64,000 bases of DNA from Candidatus Omnitrophota bacterium (GTDB lineage: Bacteria > Omnitrophota > Gorgyraeia > Duberdicusellales > Duberdicusellaceae). The notes below the pieces were generated by a model, which saw nothing but the letters and a program-made list of their open reading frames with translations, did no database searches and was not told where the DNA came from. Numbering within the stretch: the first letter of the stretch is position 1; each line of letters begins with the position of its first letter. Location of the stretch: contig JAFGCB010000024.1 in NCBI GenBank assembly GCA_016932855.1, forward strand, positions 2,813 to 66,812, written 5' to 3'. The translations under genes and the position numbers were made by a program. Positions 19,750 through 30,078 of the stretch are shown piece after piece.

Positions 19750-21369
19750 TTAGGTAGACAAGGGTAAGGTTATTGTGAAGGTAGTGCCGTGGTTGGGCGT
19801 GCTTTCCACGTTTATCGTACCTTTATGGTTTTGGATTATTCCGTAGGTAATTGCCAGGCCAAGGCCGACGCCCTTTTCTTTCTTGGAGTAGAAAGCATCG
19901 AATATATGGGGCATATCCTCTTCTTTTATTCCTTTTCCTGTATCCTTTATCATTATAATAATGCTGTTTGTGTCCTGCAGCTTGTAGCCTGCAGCTGTAT
20001 TCAAGGTCGTTTCAACTACTATCTCTCCCCCATCCGGCATGGCATCTATAGCGTTTAATATTATGTTTAGAAAGGCCTGCTTAATTTGTTTTGAATCCAC
20101 CGAAACTTCGGGGATATCCTGGCAAAAGTTTTTCGCTAAGGAGATGTTTTGCTGTTTCAGTTTAATTTCGATTAATTCCAGGGTTTCCTCAAGAAGGTTG
20201 CGGACATTAGAAGGTTTAAGCTCTAAAGGCTTAGGAGAAGAAAATTCAAGGAGCTGTTTTACAATAGAGCCTATTCGGTCAAGTTCAGAAGGCACTATTC
20301 TTTTAAACTTCTTTCTAAATTCAGCATCAGCATATTTCTTATCAACATAATCAGCAAATGTCCTAATAGATGTTAAGGGATTCTTTATCTCATGAGCAAG
20401 CCCGGAAGCCATAGTCCCGGCAGCAGCAAGTCTTTCTGCCTGAAGAAGCTTAGCTTGGGTAGTCTGGAGCTCTTCTTGAAGAAGGGTTGTTCGGGAAAGC
20501 AAAAACCGCTCTGCCTTGCGTTGGAAATAGATGTATAGAAATGGACCAGCAGTTGCTAATACAAACATGCTTATTCCCATAGTGAGCCATGATTTTGTCT
20601 GATATCCTATGTAAAAAGGTAGTCCTAAAACGACAGTATACACTATAGTAAATATACTTACTCGAGTTGCAGCAATTTTAATGTCCATTAGTCGATATTT
20701 AATTATTGCATAAGTAATAAATAGTGGATAAAAACCAATCATTAAAATCGAATAAGGATATAAATGGATTCCAAAACTAGGCAAAAACTCGAATTCAGCT
20801 CCTATCCATCCTATCGTAACGCCAAGGATAAAGTATTTGAGCTGATTGCGTCGTATTCCAGTGGAGCGGTTATATGCTTTAATTATTAAGAAAAAATTAT
20901 AACCCAACAAAACCATGTAGAAGCCTACATAAAAAACTAAATAAATAATACTTTTTGTGTTAAGCCAGTCGTGCCAGTAGAATTGCTCAAAGATAAAGTT
21001 TAGTTTGCCTAAAAATAGGCGCGAGCGGCCATACCAATTTAAAAGTAGAAATAAAAAACTGAGTAGATAGATAGTTCGTATAAACCATTTCTTTTGAAGG
21101 CTTAAGTAGCGGATAACAAAGTGTGTGAAAAAAGCACAAACAAAAATCACGCCACTATAGCCAATTTGCCACCACAAGAGCGCTAAATTATATGATGTTT
21201 CAGGAAGACTCGAGGACACGCTACAGGCAAGTCCCCATAGACCACTAGATACCGCTACCCCGCTAAAAATTCTTGCAGAAGGGTTCTTTTTCCATTTGAG
21301 CAGAAGAAAAATCGCGATACCAAAGTTACTTACCGTGGTGATAATTGAAAATAGCGTAAAGAGCTTCAT
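19750..21369 (-). CDS. Sensor histidine kinase with N-terminal 7TM sensor (no GAF)
   Basis: About 9 TM segments; H-box LAHEIKNPL; N, G1, F and G2 boxes (NAIDA, DTGKG, GVGLGL). Confidence 0.92.
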   Translation of the reverse strand: MKLFTLFSIITTVSNFGIAIFLLLKWKKNPSARIFSGVAVSSGLWGLACSVSSSLPETSYNLALLWWQIGYSGVIFVCAFFTHFVIRYLSLQKKWFIRTIYLLSFLFLLLNWYGRSRLFLGKLNFIFEQFYWHDWLNTKSIIYLVFYVGFYMVLLGYNFFLIIKAYNRSTGIRRNQLKYFILGVTIGWIGAEFEFLPSFGIHLYPYSILMIGFYPLFITYAIIKYRLMDIKIAATRVSIFTIVYTVVLGLPFYIGYQTKSWLTMGISMFVLATAGPFLYIYFQRKAERFLLSRTTLLQEELQTTQAKLLQAERLAAAGTMASGLAHEIKNPLTSIRTFADYVDKKYADAEFRKKFKRIVPSELDRIGSIVKQLLEFSSPKPLELKPSNVRNLLEETLELIEIKLKQQNISLAKNFCQDIPEVSVDSKQIKQAFLNIILNAIDAMPDGGEIVVETTLNTAAGYKLQDTNSIIIMIKDTGKGIKEEDMPHIFDAFYSKKEKGVGLGLAITYGIIQNHKGTINVESTPNHGTTFTITLPLST

Positions 21370-21824
21370 TGAATAACAGCTACGCTAATGCAGAATAGGC
21401 ACTCTTTCCTGGCGGGGATTAGGCCTTCTTGAGATTTTACTTTGAGGTTGAGTTTAGTTTCAGGCAGTTTTAGGAGTTTGCAAAGGCTTTGCACTATTTT
21501 TTGTTTGAAGCTTTTAAGTTTCGGCCTTTCAAGGATTACGGTTATATCAATATTGTTTATTCTTCGCTTGCCGAGTAGTTTAAGGACTTTTTTAAGGATT
21601 TCTTTGCTTGAGATGCCTTTACATTTCGGGTCTTCCGGAGGAAAATAATCACCGATATCCCCTTTTCCTAATGCTCCTAATATGGCATCGCAGACACTAT
21701 GCAGTATTACGTCGGCATCAGAAATACCGGCTAAACCCTTTGTGTAAGGAATTTCCACCCCGCCAAGGATTAATTTTCTTCCTTTAACCAGTCTGTGAAC
21801 ATCGAAGCCGAGTCCAATCTTCAT
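21366..21824 (-). CDS. ispF: 2-C-methyl-D-erythritol 2,4-cyclodiphosphate synthase
   Basis: IGLGFDVH, SDADV, DAILGA, GDIG.F. Confidence 0.95.
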   Translation of the reverse strand: MKIGLGFDVHRLVKGRKLILGGVEIPYTKGLAGISDADVILHSVCDAILGALGKGDIGDYFPPEDPKCKGISSKEILKKVLKLLGKRRINNIDITVILERPKLKSFKQKIVQSLCKLLKLPETKLNLKVKSQEGLIPARKECLFCISVAVIQ

Positions 21825-21909
21825 TGTTTGTAAAATTGTTTTTCGGGCATAGCGTTTTGGGTGTGGGGTGCCGGGAAGAAACGAAACCCGATACGCGACA
21901 CCCGAAGAC

Positions 21910-24111
21910 CTACCGCTTTGTTGTTGGTAGTTCCATGTAAAAGGTTGAGCCCTTCATGTATTCCGATTCAAACCAGATTTTACCCCTGTGGTTTTCTTCA
22001 ACAATTCTTTTTATAACGTACATCCCAAGGCCGGTTCCGGATTTTGCCGATGATTTGGTGGTATAAAAAGGAGCGAACATCTTGGATTTATTCTCTTCGG
22101 CTATGCCGATCCCGTTATCACTGACTTTTACAAGCAAGGAACCTTCAAGAGGCTGTAATTCTATATTCAGCTCTTTTTCGACTTTTTGAGGATTTCCATG
22201 ATTTTTAAGAGCCATCTGCTTATCTTCTATTGCTTCATAAGCATTATCAATTAAGTTAAAAACTGCCTCGGATAGCTGGGCCGGCGAGCCCCAGACCTTG
22301 GGAGTACCGTCAGTAACTTTTATTGAAGGCTTAAAATCTTTGAGGTTATGCTTTACGCCTAAGAGGTCAACCGCAACGTTTATTATCTCGTTTATGTCGA
22401 AGAATCTAAAGGAAGCGTCTTTTTCAGTGCGGGCATAATTAAGAATTCCCCGGATAATCTGGGCTGAATGAAGCACGTTTTTTTCTATTTTATCAAGACC
22501 GTAGAGACAATATTCTAAATCCTTCCTTAAGTTTTCGGGGTTTTCTTTCTCAAGGGTAGTCTGCACTACGTCTTTTAAGTCTCCGGCAACCGCGGCAAAA
22601 GCCTGGAGACGGTTATTTAACTGGTGCGATACCCCTTCAGCCATAGCACCGACTGTAGCTAATTTATCAGCGTGGAATATCTTCTCCTGCGTTTTCTTAA
22701 ACTCTTCCAGAAACAAGCAGTTCTCAATTGCCAAAGAAGCCTGGTGCGCTAAAATCTTAAAGACATTTATATCATCCTCCGTAAAAACCTGCTTATTCGG
22801 TTTCGAGCCTAACGCTAATATGCCTAGAAGGTCTCTTTCGGTAAGTGAAGGGATTACTAAATGGAGCTTGAATCTTTCGAAAAATTCTTTAATTTCCTTT
22901 TGATTGGCGCTATCTTGAATAACAAAGGGGATATCTTCCAATAATAAAGCCTCTTGGGTTTTTAAAAGATATTCAATAATCGGATGGTCGTGAGAGATTG
23001 CAACCTCCTCTTTAAATAATTCTCTATCCCGGTAAGCTTCTAGTTTGTAAACCTTTCGTTCTTTGTCGAAACGGAATATCGCCGCTACATCGACCCGCAC
23101 AGCTTTCGTAACAATATGAACAATTAAATTGATAAGTCGTTTAAGTTCCCGAATTTTCACCATTCCCTGAGCAGCCTGGATTAGTGTTTTTTGGTATCTC
23201 TTTTGCTGGGCCAGTATAAGATTTTCAGCTTTCCTTCGTAAGCGTGTATAAATCAGAGGCCCGGTGCTTGCTAAAAGAAACATTATCGCAGTAGACGGAA
23301 GCCAGGATTGAGTGGTGTATCCTATCCAGAACGGAATACCGAGAACTAAGGCGTATACAAAAGAGAAAATTCCGAAGCGGGTCAAAACAACGTTGATGTC
23401 CATGAGACGGTATTTAAGTATTGCATAGGTAAATATCAAAGGATAGAGAACAATACAGAGGTTGCTATAAGGATAGAGTTTTACACCAATCTCTATTGAC
23501 CACATTAATATTGGACCTAGCCAGCCAATGACTGATGCAACTATGAAATATTTTATTTGATTTCGGAAAATGCCACTAGATCGCTTGTAAGATTTAACTA
23601 GTAATAAGAATGAGAATCCTAAAAGTATCCAGTAAAACGAAATGTAAAAAACCAAATATAGAGGTATTTTATATATCCACCAATCAGAGTAATAAAATTT
23701 ATTAAAAACAAAACTCATTCCGCCTACAAAATATTCCTTGGGGAAAAACAAATTTAGGGATAGGAAAGTGTAAGCCAGTGTATATATGGTAATTAATATA
23801 TATCTGAAATAATCCTTTTTGAGACTAAGGAATGTGTAGATGAAGTGATAATAAAGCACAGGAGTGAGGATAACTCCTATGTTGGCAATTCTCCGCCAGA
23901 AAATTGCAGTCTCAAGGTCAAAGGTTGTAGAGAATTTATATACACCTACGCCCCAAATTGTTGTGAGTATACATAGCCATCCCCAGATTTTAGTTTTAAT
24001 GTTACGAGTCTTTTTGTCTCTCCAGAACAAAAATATTGCCAATAGAGAATTGGTAACAACAACCAAAATTCCAGAAATGCTAAATAAGTTAATATTTTGC
24101 ATAAGAGGCAA
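21910..24111 (-). CDS. Sensor histidine kinase: 7TM sensor + GAF + HisKA/HATPase
   Basis: TM-rich N-terminus, GAF-like region ending LAIEN, H-box VSHQLNN, DNGIG, GTGLG. Confidence 0.92.
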   Translation of the reverse strand: MPLMQNINLFSISGILVVVTNSLLAIFLFWRDKKTRNIKTKIWGWLCILTTIWGVGVYKFSTTFDLETAIFWRRIANIGVILTPVLYYHFIYTFLSLKKDYFRYILITIYTLAYTFLSLNLFFPKEYFVGGMSFVFNKFYYSDWWIYKIPLYLVFYISFYWILLGFSFLLLVKSYKRSSGIFRNQIKYFIVASVIGWLGPILMWSIEIGVKLYPYSNLCIVLYPLIFTYAILKYRLMDINVVLTRFGIFSFVYALVLGIPFWIGYTTQSWLPSTAIMFLLASTGPLIYTRLRRKAENLILAQQKRYQKTLIQAAQGMVKIRELKRLINLIVHIVTKAVRVDVAAIFRFDKERKVYKLEAYRDRELFKEEVAISHDHPIIEYLLKTQEALLLEDIPFVIQDSANQKEIKEFFERFKLHLVIPSLTERDLLGILALGSKPNKQVFTEDDINVFKILAHQASLAIENCLFLEEFKKTQEKIFHADKLATVGAMAEGVSHQLNNRLQAFAAVAGDLKDVVQTTLEKENPENLRKDLEYCLYGLDKIEKNVLHSAQIIRGILNYARTEKDASFRFFDINEIINVAVDLLGVKHNLKDFKPSIKVTDGTPKVWGSPAQLSEAVFNLIDNAYEAIEDKQMALKNHGNPQKVEKELNIELQPLEGSLLVKVSDNGIGIAEENKSKMFAPFYTTKSSAKSGTGLGMYVIKRIVEENHRGKIWFESEYMKGSTFYMELPTTKR

Positions 24112-25566
24112 TTATTTTCCAAATGGCCAATGTTTTCCGAGGTCTTCCAGGATTAACCGTGCGCATCGTCGTCCAGAAAATGCAACATTTGGGATACCGC
24201 CTTGCCCGGAAGAACCAGTGGTTGTCCAGTGGCCAACGAGATAGATCCCATCTATAGAAGTTCGTTGCGGAATAATATTAGATTTAATCTGGTTTAATGT
24301 AGATACCCATCCGAGTACGGCTCCGTTTTTATTTAAGGTGTACCGATGAAATGTATGCGGAGTGGCAAATATTTTGACGTCAATTAAATTACGGAGATCG
24401 TAAAAGACCTTCTCCGATTTTTTAATTATGCGATTGCCGACCTCTATTTTATTCTCATCCCAGAATTTCTTGGAAATATAAGGAGAATATATAAATAGTT
24501 GCATGGTCGGCCTATTGGTGTTGCTTAAGCTTATGTCATGAGCAGATGGGAAACAGCAGAAAAAGTAATCGAGGTCAGCGTTCAATATGTTATATTGCTG
24601 AGAATAAATTCTTGAGTACACTTTCTCGATATCGTAAGTGGCGAAATAGCAAGTATTTATTCTTTCAGCAATTTCATTGTGCGCGTTTTCTTTGAGACCT
24701 AAATATACCAAGAACATAGACGGAGATGGAGTTAGTTTATTAATTGTGTTAAGTTCCTTAGTTTTGACATCAATCAGGTCTCCGAATGTCATGGAAACGT
24801 CTGCATTCGAGATAATTATGTTAGATGCTATTTCATCGCTAGTATCTAGTATTACCTTTTTGATTTTATTAGTTGTAATTATCTTTACAACCTTGCGGGA
24901 GAAAATTATCTCTCCTCCTCGCTCTTTTAATTTCTTTACTAGCATATTTGGCAGAGTTTGAATGCCACCTTTTGGATAATAGCCAGAATCCAAAACATAC
25001 TCTCGAAATAGAATTATAGCTGAGATAGCTGCGGCTTTTTTAGGAGAAAGTGCAATATTACTTGATAGGCCACCTAAAACAGATTTTAGATTTGGATCTC
25101 GAAAAAAATAATCCAGGGTTTCTTGAAAGACTTGTCCCTTAACTTTTTTATAAATATTAAAAAGCTGTTCTTGCAGAATGAAGCCGAAAAACTTTTCAAG
25201 ATTTTTTCGTTCTTTAGGGAAGCTTTTTTGAAATTCCGTTAGTGTATTTTTGGGACAAGCCCGAATGTATGTAGTATTATCGGGGAATATTATTTTATCA
25301 GTTGGATCAGCTTGGGAAAATTCGAGGCTTTCGTCCATTTGTAGCTCTCGGAGAGTTTTGCCTAATATTCCTCGCTTGATGCCGCCTAGGTAGTGTACTC
25401 CAATGTCAAATTTATAACCCTTTCGTTCAAAAGAAGTGCAGTAGCCACCTGGTTTATCATGCTTTTCGATGATTAAAACCTTTAATCCGGCTTTTGATAA
25501 ATAATTTGCGCAGATTAAGCTTCCAATGCCAGAACCTACGAATATTGCATCAAATTGGGTGTTCAT
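24112..25566 (-). CDS. Phytoene desaturase family FAD-dependent oxidoreductase
   Basis: GSGIGSL...EKHDKPGGYCTSFERKGYKFD; YPKGG; TPHTF; LVGHW, SGR. Confidence 0.88.
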   Translation of the reverse strand: MNTQFDAIFVGSGIGSLICANYLSKAGLKVLIIEKHDKPGGYCTSFERKGYKFDIGVHYLGGIKRGILGKTLRELQMDESLEFSQADPTDKIIFPDNTTYIRACPKNTLTEFQKSFPKERKNLEKFFGFILQEQLFNIYKKVKGQVFQETLDYFFRDPNLKSVLGGLSSNIALSPKKAAAISAIILFREYVLDSGYYPKGGIQTLPNMLVKKLKERGGEIIFSRKVVKIITTNKIKKVILDTSDEIASNIIISNADVSMTFGDLIDVKTKELNTINKLTPSPSMFLVYLGLKENAHNEIAERINTCYFATYDIEKVYSRIYSQQYNILNADLDYFFCCFPSAHDISLSNTNRPTMQLFIYSPYISKKFWDENKIEVGNRIIKKSEKVFYDLRNLIDVKIFATPHTFHRYTLNKNGAVLGWVSTLNQIKSNIIPQRTSIDGIYLVGHWTTTGSSGQGGIPNVAFSGRRCARLILEDLGKHWPFGK

Positions 25567-26153
25567 TTAATGTAGTTAACGCTGTCTTTTATTGGCTTTC
25601 GGAGAGATCGTGTATTTCTCTGGCTCGCGTATCCGAGTGTGATTACAGCAACCATTTTGCCTTTGTGTCTAAGCAATTTATTTATTTTCTGTGCTTGAAG
25701 TAACGGCGTATCAAGCCAACAAGAGCCAACCCCAAAACTTTCCGCTACTAACATCATATTTTGTATAGCTGCGGCGATGGCGGACAGTTCAACAATATCA
25801 AGGATTCGCTCAAATTTTAAGTACAGTTGCTTGAGTCTGTGTCTCATTGCGTGCATATCTCCAGAATTATAAACAATAATGATGGCTGCCGCGCTACGAA
25901 TTATATTGCTTGCAGAATACTCTAGCAGATTGGATACTGTCTTCGTAGAGGAATCGGCTCTTAATAAAAGTTGAGCAATCTCAACTATAGTTTTTTTGTT
26001 AGTTATCGCGAAGAACTTCCATGGTTGGTAATGATGAACGGCAGGTCCCCATATTCCAGCTTCAATAATTTTCGAGAGAATATTATGAGGTATTCGTTTT
26101 TTCTTATATTCTCGTACACACTGTTTAGACTTTATTAAGCGTAATAATTCCAT
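25563..26153 (-). CDS. Nitroreductase family flavoprotein
   Basis: R.Y, AGIWGP..HYQPWKF, AIQNMMLVAESFGVGSCW, LGY. Confidence 0.88.
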   Translation of the reverse strand: MELLRLIKSKQCVREYKKKRIPHNILSKIIEAGIWGPAVHHYQPWKFFAITNKKTIVEIAQLLLRADSSTKTVSNLLEYSASNIIRSAAAIIIVYNSGDMHAMRHRLKQLYLKFERILDIVELSAIAAAIQNMMLVAESFGVGSCWLDTPLLQAQKINKLLRHKGKMVAVITLGYASQRNTRSLRKPIKDSVNYIK

Positions 26154-27241
26154 CTTTTTTCCCCGATTATATCATAAATCGACTTTTGTTCATGGTAATA
26201 TTGAAACGACGGCAATAATTTTTGATCAGTGATCTGTGGAATTCGGAAATTATAACCATCAAGAGTTTTTTGTGTATGTATATAACAGAATTTTGTTGTA
26301 TAGTTAAAGTAGGGTATATATGGTGATGCTAAGATTTTTTGCGCAGGAGTCCAATAAGAATAATCAAACCTCTCAGCCGGTATTAGCCTCGGTGTTCGAA
26401 ATTGAAAAAAACGCGAGGCCAAATCCATGAATTTACCAACATTAAAGGGTTTTGGCGAAACAACATGATAAGTAGTATTGCTGCCCTGATCCCCTAGTAA
26501 AAAAAATACTTTTGCCACTGTATCGATGTTGATTAGATTTTGGTGACAATCAATGTTGATAGGAAACTCATTGTAGATCTCTTTGGAAAAAAAACGAATC
26601 GGTTCGTAGAAAAGTCGGAAAGTGGTGGCTTGGCCAGTCTTGGAATGCCCTATAACCATACTAGGTCTAAAAACAGAAATATTCAGTCCTTTTACGCGAT
26701 AGTCTTGGACTAAAAGCTCGGCTTCATATTTTGTCTGTTCGTAGGTGTTGTTAAATCCCTGGCCGAGCTCTAATTCGTTCTCTCTAAAGTTATAGTCATT
26801 TTTTGTCCCTACTACGTATGCTGTGCTTATATGGTTAAACTTTTCAAGCTTCGGGAATTTCAAAGCGAAATCAAGAACATTTTTTGTGCCCAGAACGTTT
26901 ATTTTTCGGATTACTTCGAGTTCAACTCTTAATTTTGCCAGGGCTGCGCTGTGAAAGATTATTTCGCAATCAGCGCGAATCTCGTCGATTAATTGTTTTG
27001 ACTTTATGCCTAAGTCGGTTAAGGTAATATCGCCATCGACTATTACCAGGTTTTTTGGACTTTGGCTGGTATGTTCTTCAGTCCAGAATTTTAGGGCATT
27101 TAATACTCGCGCCCGCGCAGCTTCTTTTTTACTGCTTCTTGCCAGAGCATAGACTTTACAGCCATTCTCAAGCAGGATTTTTAAAAGATAAGAAGCAACA
27201 AATCCGGTTGCCCCGGTCAATAATACAATTCGTTTTTCCAT
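26135..27241 (-). CDS. Extended SDR, thioester/fatty acyl reductase-like (NAD_binding_4)
   Basis: TGATGFVA, HSAA, NVLGT, HISTAYV, YEQTK, RPSMVIG. Confidence 0.85.
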   Translation of the reverse strand: MEKRIVLLTGATGFVASYLLKILLENGCKVYALARSSKKEAARARVLNALKFWTEEHTSQSPKNLVIVDGDITLTDLGIKSKQLIDEIRADCEIIFHSAALAKLRVELEVIRKINVLGTKNVLDFALKFPKLEKFNHISTAYVVGTKNDYNFRENELELGQGFNNTYEQTKYEAELLVQDYRVKGLNISVFRPSMVIGHSKTGQATTFRLFYEPIRFFSKEIYNEFPINIDCHQNLINIDTVAKVFFLLGDQGSNTTYHVVSPKPFNVGKFMDLASRFFQFRTPRLIPAERFDYSYWTPAQKILASPYIPYFNYTTKFCYIHTQKTLDGYNFRIPQITDQKLLPSFQYYHEQKSIYDIIGEKRWNYYA

Positions 27242-27256
27242 TACAGTTCGCTAAGT

Positions 27257-28480
27257 TTATTTGTTATTTAAGCTGCCAAATACCACACAACAATTATTTC
27301 CGCCAAACGCAAAGCCGTTATTTAGGACAATTTTTACTTCTTTTTTTCTAGCCGTATTAGGCACACAATCTATATCACATTCAGGGTCAGGGGTTTCATA
27401 ATTTATTGTGGGCGGGATTAGGCTATTTTCAATAACCAAGCAGCAGACTGCCGCCTCAATCGCCGAGGCTGCGCCCATAGGATGACCAAGCATTGATTTA
27501 ACGGAACTTACAGGAACTTTATAATCCGCGAAGACATCTTTTATAGCTGCGCATTCAACTTTGTCGTTAGTTGGGGTTCCGGTGCCATGGGCGCAGATAT
27601 AATCTACATCCCTGGTAGATAAACCAGCGTCTTTAATCGCCTTTTTCATCACATTCGCAACTCCTTTTGGGTCAGGAGCGGTTATGTGGTAGGCATCACA
27701 GGACAGACCATACCCTAAGACTTCCGCGTATATTTTGGCGTTTCGTTTAAGAGCTGATTCTAAAGACTCCAGAAGTATTACTCCCGCGCCTTCTCCTAAA
27801 ATTAAGCCCTTTCGGTTTTTATCAAACGGCTGGGGTTTTTCAGGGGCCATGCTGTAAAGGCGTTGAAAGCCGACATAGGCGACATGAGAAAAGGCTTCGG
27901 CGCCACCGGCAAGTATAAAATTTAAGTCTCCTTTTCTGATTAAATCATATCCATAGCCGATAGCGTAATTTCCGGCAGCGCAGGCAGTGGGGATTAAGCA
28001 ATTTAATCCCATTGCCTTAAATTGTATCCCGACATTAGCCGGGATATTGTGAACTGCTGCCTGAAGGACTCTTGTCCGGTCAACCTCTTTAAGCCCGCCT
28101 TTTGCCCAGGATTCTATCAATTCTTCCATTGGACGTTCGCCTACCGTAGTCCCGAAGATAATTCCGAATTTTTTTGAGTCGATAGCCGAAGGGTTGAGTT
28201 TCGCGTCTTCCAAGGCCAGATGAGCACCGGCTATCGCCAGCTGCGAGGTTTTCCCGAGAAACCTTGTTTTTCGTTTCGGGATAAAGGCGGCAGGATCAAA
28301 ATCTTTTATTTCACCTCCGTATTTGCAACGAAAACCTTCGGTATCAAAGGAGGTAATTTTACTTACCCCGGATTTTCCGGCGGTCAAGGCTTTCCAGAAA
28401 CCATCTTTCCCTGTTCCGATTGACGATATTACTCCCAGTCCGGTTACAACTATACGTCTTTTATTCCTCATATTTTGCAA
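27257..28480 (-). CDS. fabF: Beta-ketoacyl-ACP synthase II-like, catalytically intact
   Basis: C-H-H triad: TACAAG, AHGTGT, KSMLGH; likely start 28471. Confidence 0.92.
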   Translation of the reverse strand: MQNMRNKRRIVVTGLGVISSIGTGKDGFWKALTAGKSGVSKITSFDTEGFRCKYGGEIKDFDPAAFIPKRKTRFLGKTSQLAIAGAHLALEDAKLNPSAIDSKKFGIIFGTTVGERPMEELIESWAKGGLKEVDRTRVLQAAVHNIPANVGIQFKAMGLNCLIPTACAAGNYAIGYGYDLIRKGDLNFILAGGAEAFSHVAYVGFQRLYSMAPEKPQPFDKNRKGLILGEGAGVILLESLESALKRNAKIYAEVLGYGLSCDAYHITAPDPKGVANVMKKAIKDAGLSTRDVDYICAHGTGTPTNDKVECAAIKDVFADYKVPVSSVKSMLGHPMGAASAIEAAVCCLVIENSLIPPTINYETPDPECDIDCVPNTARKKEVKIVLNNGFAFGGNNCCVVFGSLNNK

Positions 28481-29732
28481 TTATCGCGCTGGCGTTTCCT
28501 CCACCGGGGCCAAAATTGTTTATTAAAATATTATTAAGGGATTCATGCCTAGCTGAGTTAGGAACGTAATCAAGGTCACATCCGGATGCATTTCCTTCAA
28601 AATTTATTGTAGGAGGGATAACCGCATTTTTTAAAGCTCCTATAGAGGCCGCAATTTGTAATCCTCCATTGGCGCTTACGCTTTCACCGATCATTGACTT
28701 AATCGAGCTTACCGGGATGCTTTTCGAATAAAGTTTAAAGACTTTTTTTATGGCTTCAGTTTCAAGCGTATCCTGCACAGGGACTGAATTGGCAGAGGCG
28801 CAGATGTAGTCTATCTCTTCGGTATTAAGCTCTGCATTCTCTATTGCTCTTGTCATACTTTGGATAAGTCCCTCGGCCTTAGGGGCGTATTTACCGGTTT
28901 TGTAGGCGTCAAAAGAATTTTCAACGCTAAGAATTTCCGCCAGGATATTCGCCTTGCGTTTTTGAGCATATTCTTTATTTTCAATAACCAACGTCGTTGT
29001 TCCTTCGCCGAGAACTATGCCGTTATGTCTTTTATCGTAAGGACAGCTGATTTCAGGGCCTTTTAATCCGGCAAGAAATCCGATTTTATAAAATCCGGTA
29101 AAGTTGGAAAAGGAGAAGCTTTCAATCCCGCAGACAAGAACGATTTGAGCCCGGCCCAGTCTTATCAAATCAATAGCATACTTAAGGGCGTCAAGACCGG
29201 CTGTATAGCCGGTAGATATAGTCGTGTTGAAAGCCCTTGCTTTAAATCGTATAGACAACTGACTGGATGGAAAATTCATGGTAGTAGGCGGAAATAAAGC
29301 CGGGTTAACAAGCTGGGCTCCTTCGTCTACTTGTTCTTTAGTAAATTTTGCCAGATCCGAGGTAATTGAAAGCGTAGTCGCGGTTACCACTCCGATATCG
29401 TCAGCATTCTCGTCGGTTATCTGCAAGTTTGCGTCATCTAAGGCTAATTTTACTCCGGAGCAGAGCAGGGTTGTAGTGCGGTCAAGATTTCTTAAACCCT
29501 TAGTGCCTAAAAAATCTTCAGCTTTGAAATCAGTACATTCTCCGGCAGTTTTAGTCTTAAAAAAGGAGACATCAAAAAGAGTTATGGGTTTAATTCCCGA
29601 TTGGCCAGCATTGAGCGCTTTCCAAAAGGCTTCCTTGCCTGTTCCGTTAGGAGAAATAACACCGATTCCGGTAACTACGACTTGTTTGGCGTTCATTTTT
29701 TTACGTATCCAGGTTTCGTTCAATAATTTCAA
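28461..29732 (-). CDS. Catalytically degenerate ketosynthase (chain-length-factor-like)
   Basis: FabF fold, but the triad positions read TGYTAG, CASANS and KSMIGE; likely start 29696. Confidence 0.85.
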   Translation of the reverse strand: MKLLNETWIRKKMNAKQVVVTGIGVISPNGTGKEAFWKALNAGQSGIKPITLFDVSFFKTKTAGECTDFKAEDFLGTKGLRNLDRTTTLLCSGVKLALDDANLQITDENADDIGVVTATTLSITSDLAKFTKEQVDEGAQLVNPALFPPTTMNFPSSQLSIRFKARAFNTTISTGYTAGLDALKYAIDLIRLGRAQIVLVCGIESFSFSNFTGFYKIGFLAGLKGPEISCPYDKRHNGIVLGEGTTTLVIENKEYAQKRKANILAEILSVENSFDAYKTGKYAPKAEGLIQSMTRAIENAELNTEEIDYICASANSVPVQDTLETEAIKKVFKLYSKSIPVSSIKSMIGESVSANGGLQIAASIGALKNAVIPPTINFEGNASGCDLDYVPNSARHESLNNILINNFGPGGGNASAIIAKYEE

Positions 29733-30078
29733 GAAATTCGTTTGTATCGAACGGTTTATGCAGGTAGCCGGCGACTTTTAAGTTGACTGCCGATTTGTAT
29801 TTATCTTCGTCCACAAAACCGGTAATGAAAACTTCGGGAATCGGTGCTTTTCCCTGTTTTTGGCGAAAGTCACGAATTGACTTTATGGTTTCTATGCCGT
29901 CCATCTCCGGCATTCGTATATCGCAGACTATCATATGGAAATCGTCATTTTGAATCTTCGTAAGAGCATCCGCTCCCCCGTAAGCAATCGTTACCTCATA
30001 GCCTTTCTCTTGGAGTAATTTTTGCAGACTTTTCGTTATAATTTTCTCATCCTCGATTATTAAGATTTTATTTTTCAT
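29701..30078 (-). CDS. Single-domain response regulator
   Basis: IIEDE, CDIRMPEMDG, ITG, KPF; no output domain. Confidence 0.93.
   Translation of the reverse strand: MKNKILIIEDEKIITKSLQKLLQEKGYEVTIAYGGADALTKIQNDDFHMIVCDIRMPEMDGIETIKSIRDFRQKQGKAPIPEVFITGFVDEDKYKSAVNLKVAGYLHKPFDTNEFLEIIERNLDT

Noticed and set aside
24112-25566. Carotenoid or hopanoid pathway
   Set aside because: No phytoene/squalene synthase or cyclase nearby; the context is ACP-dependent acyl chemistry
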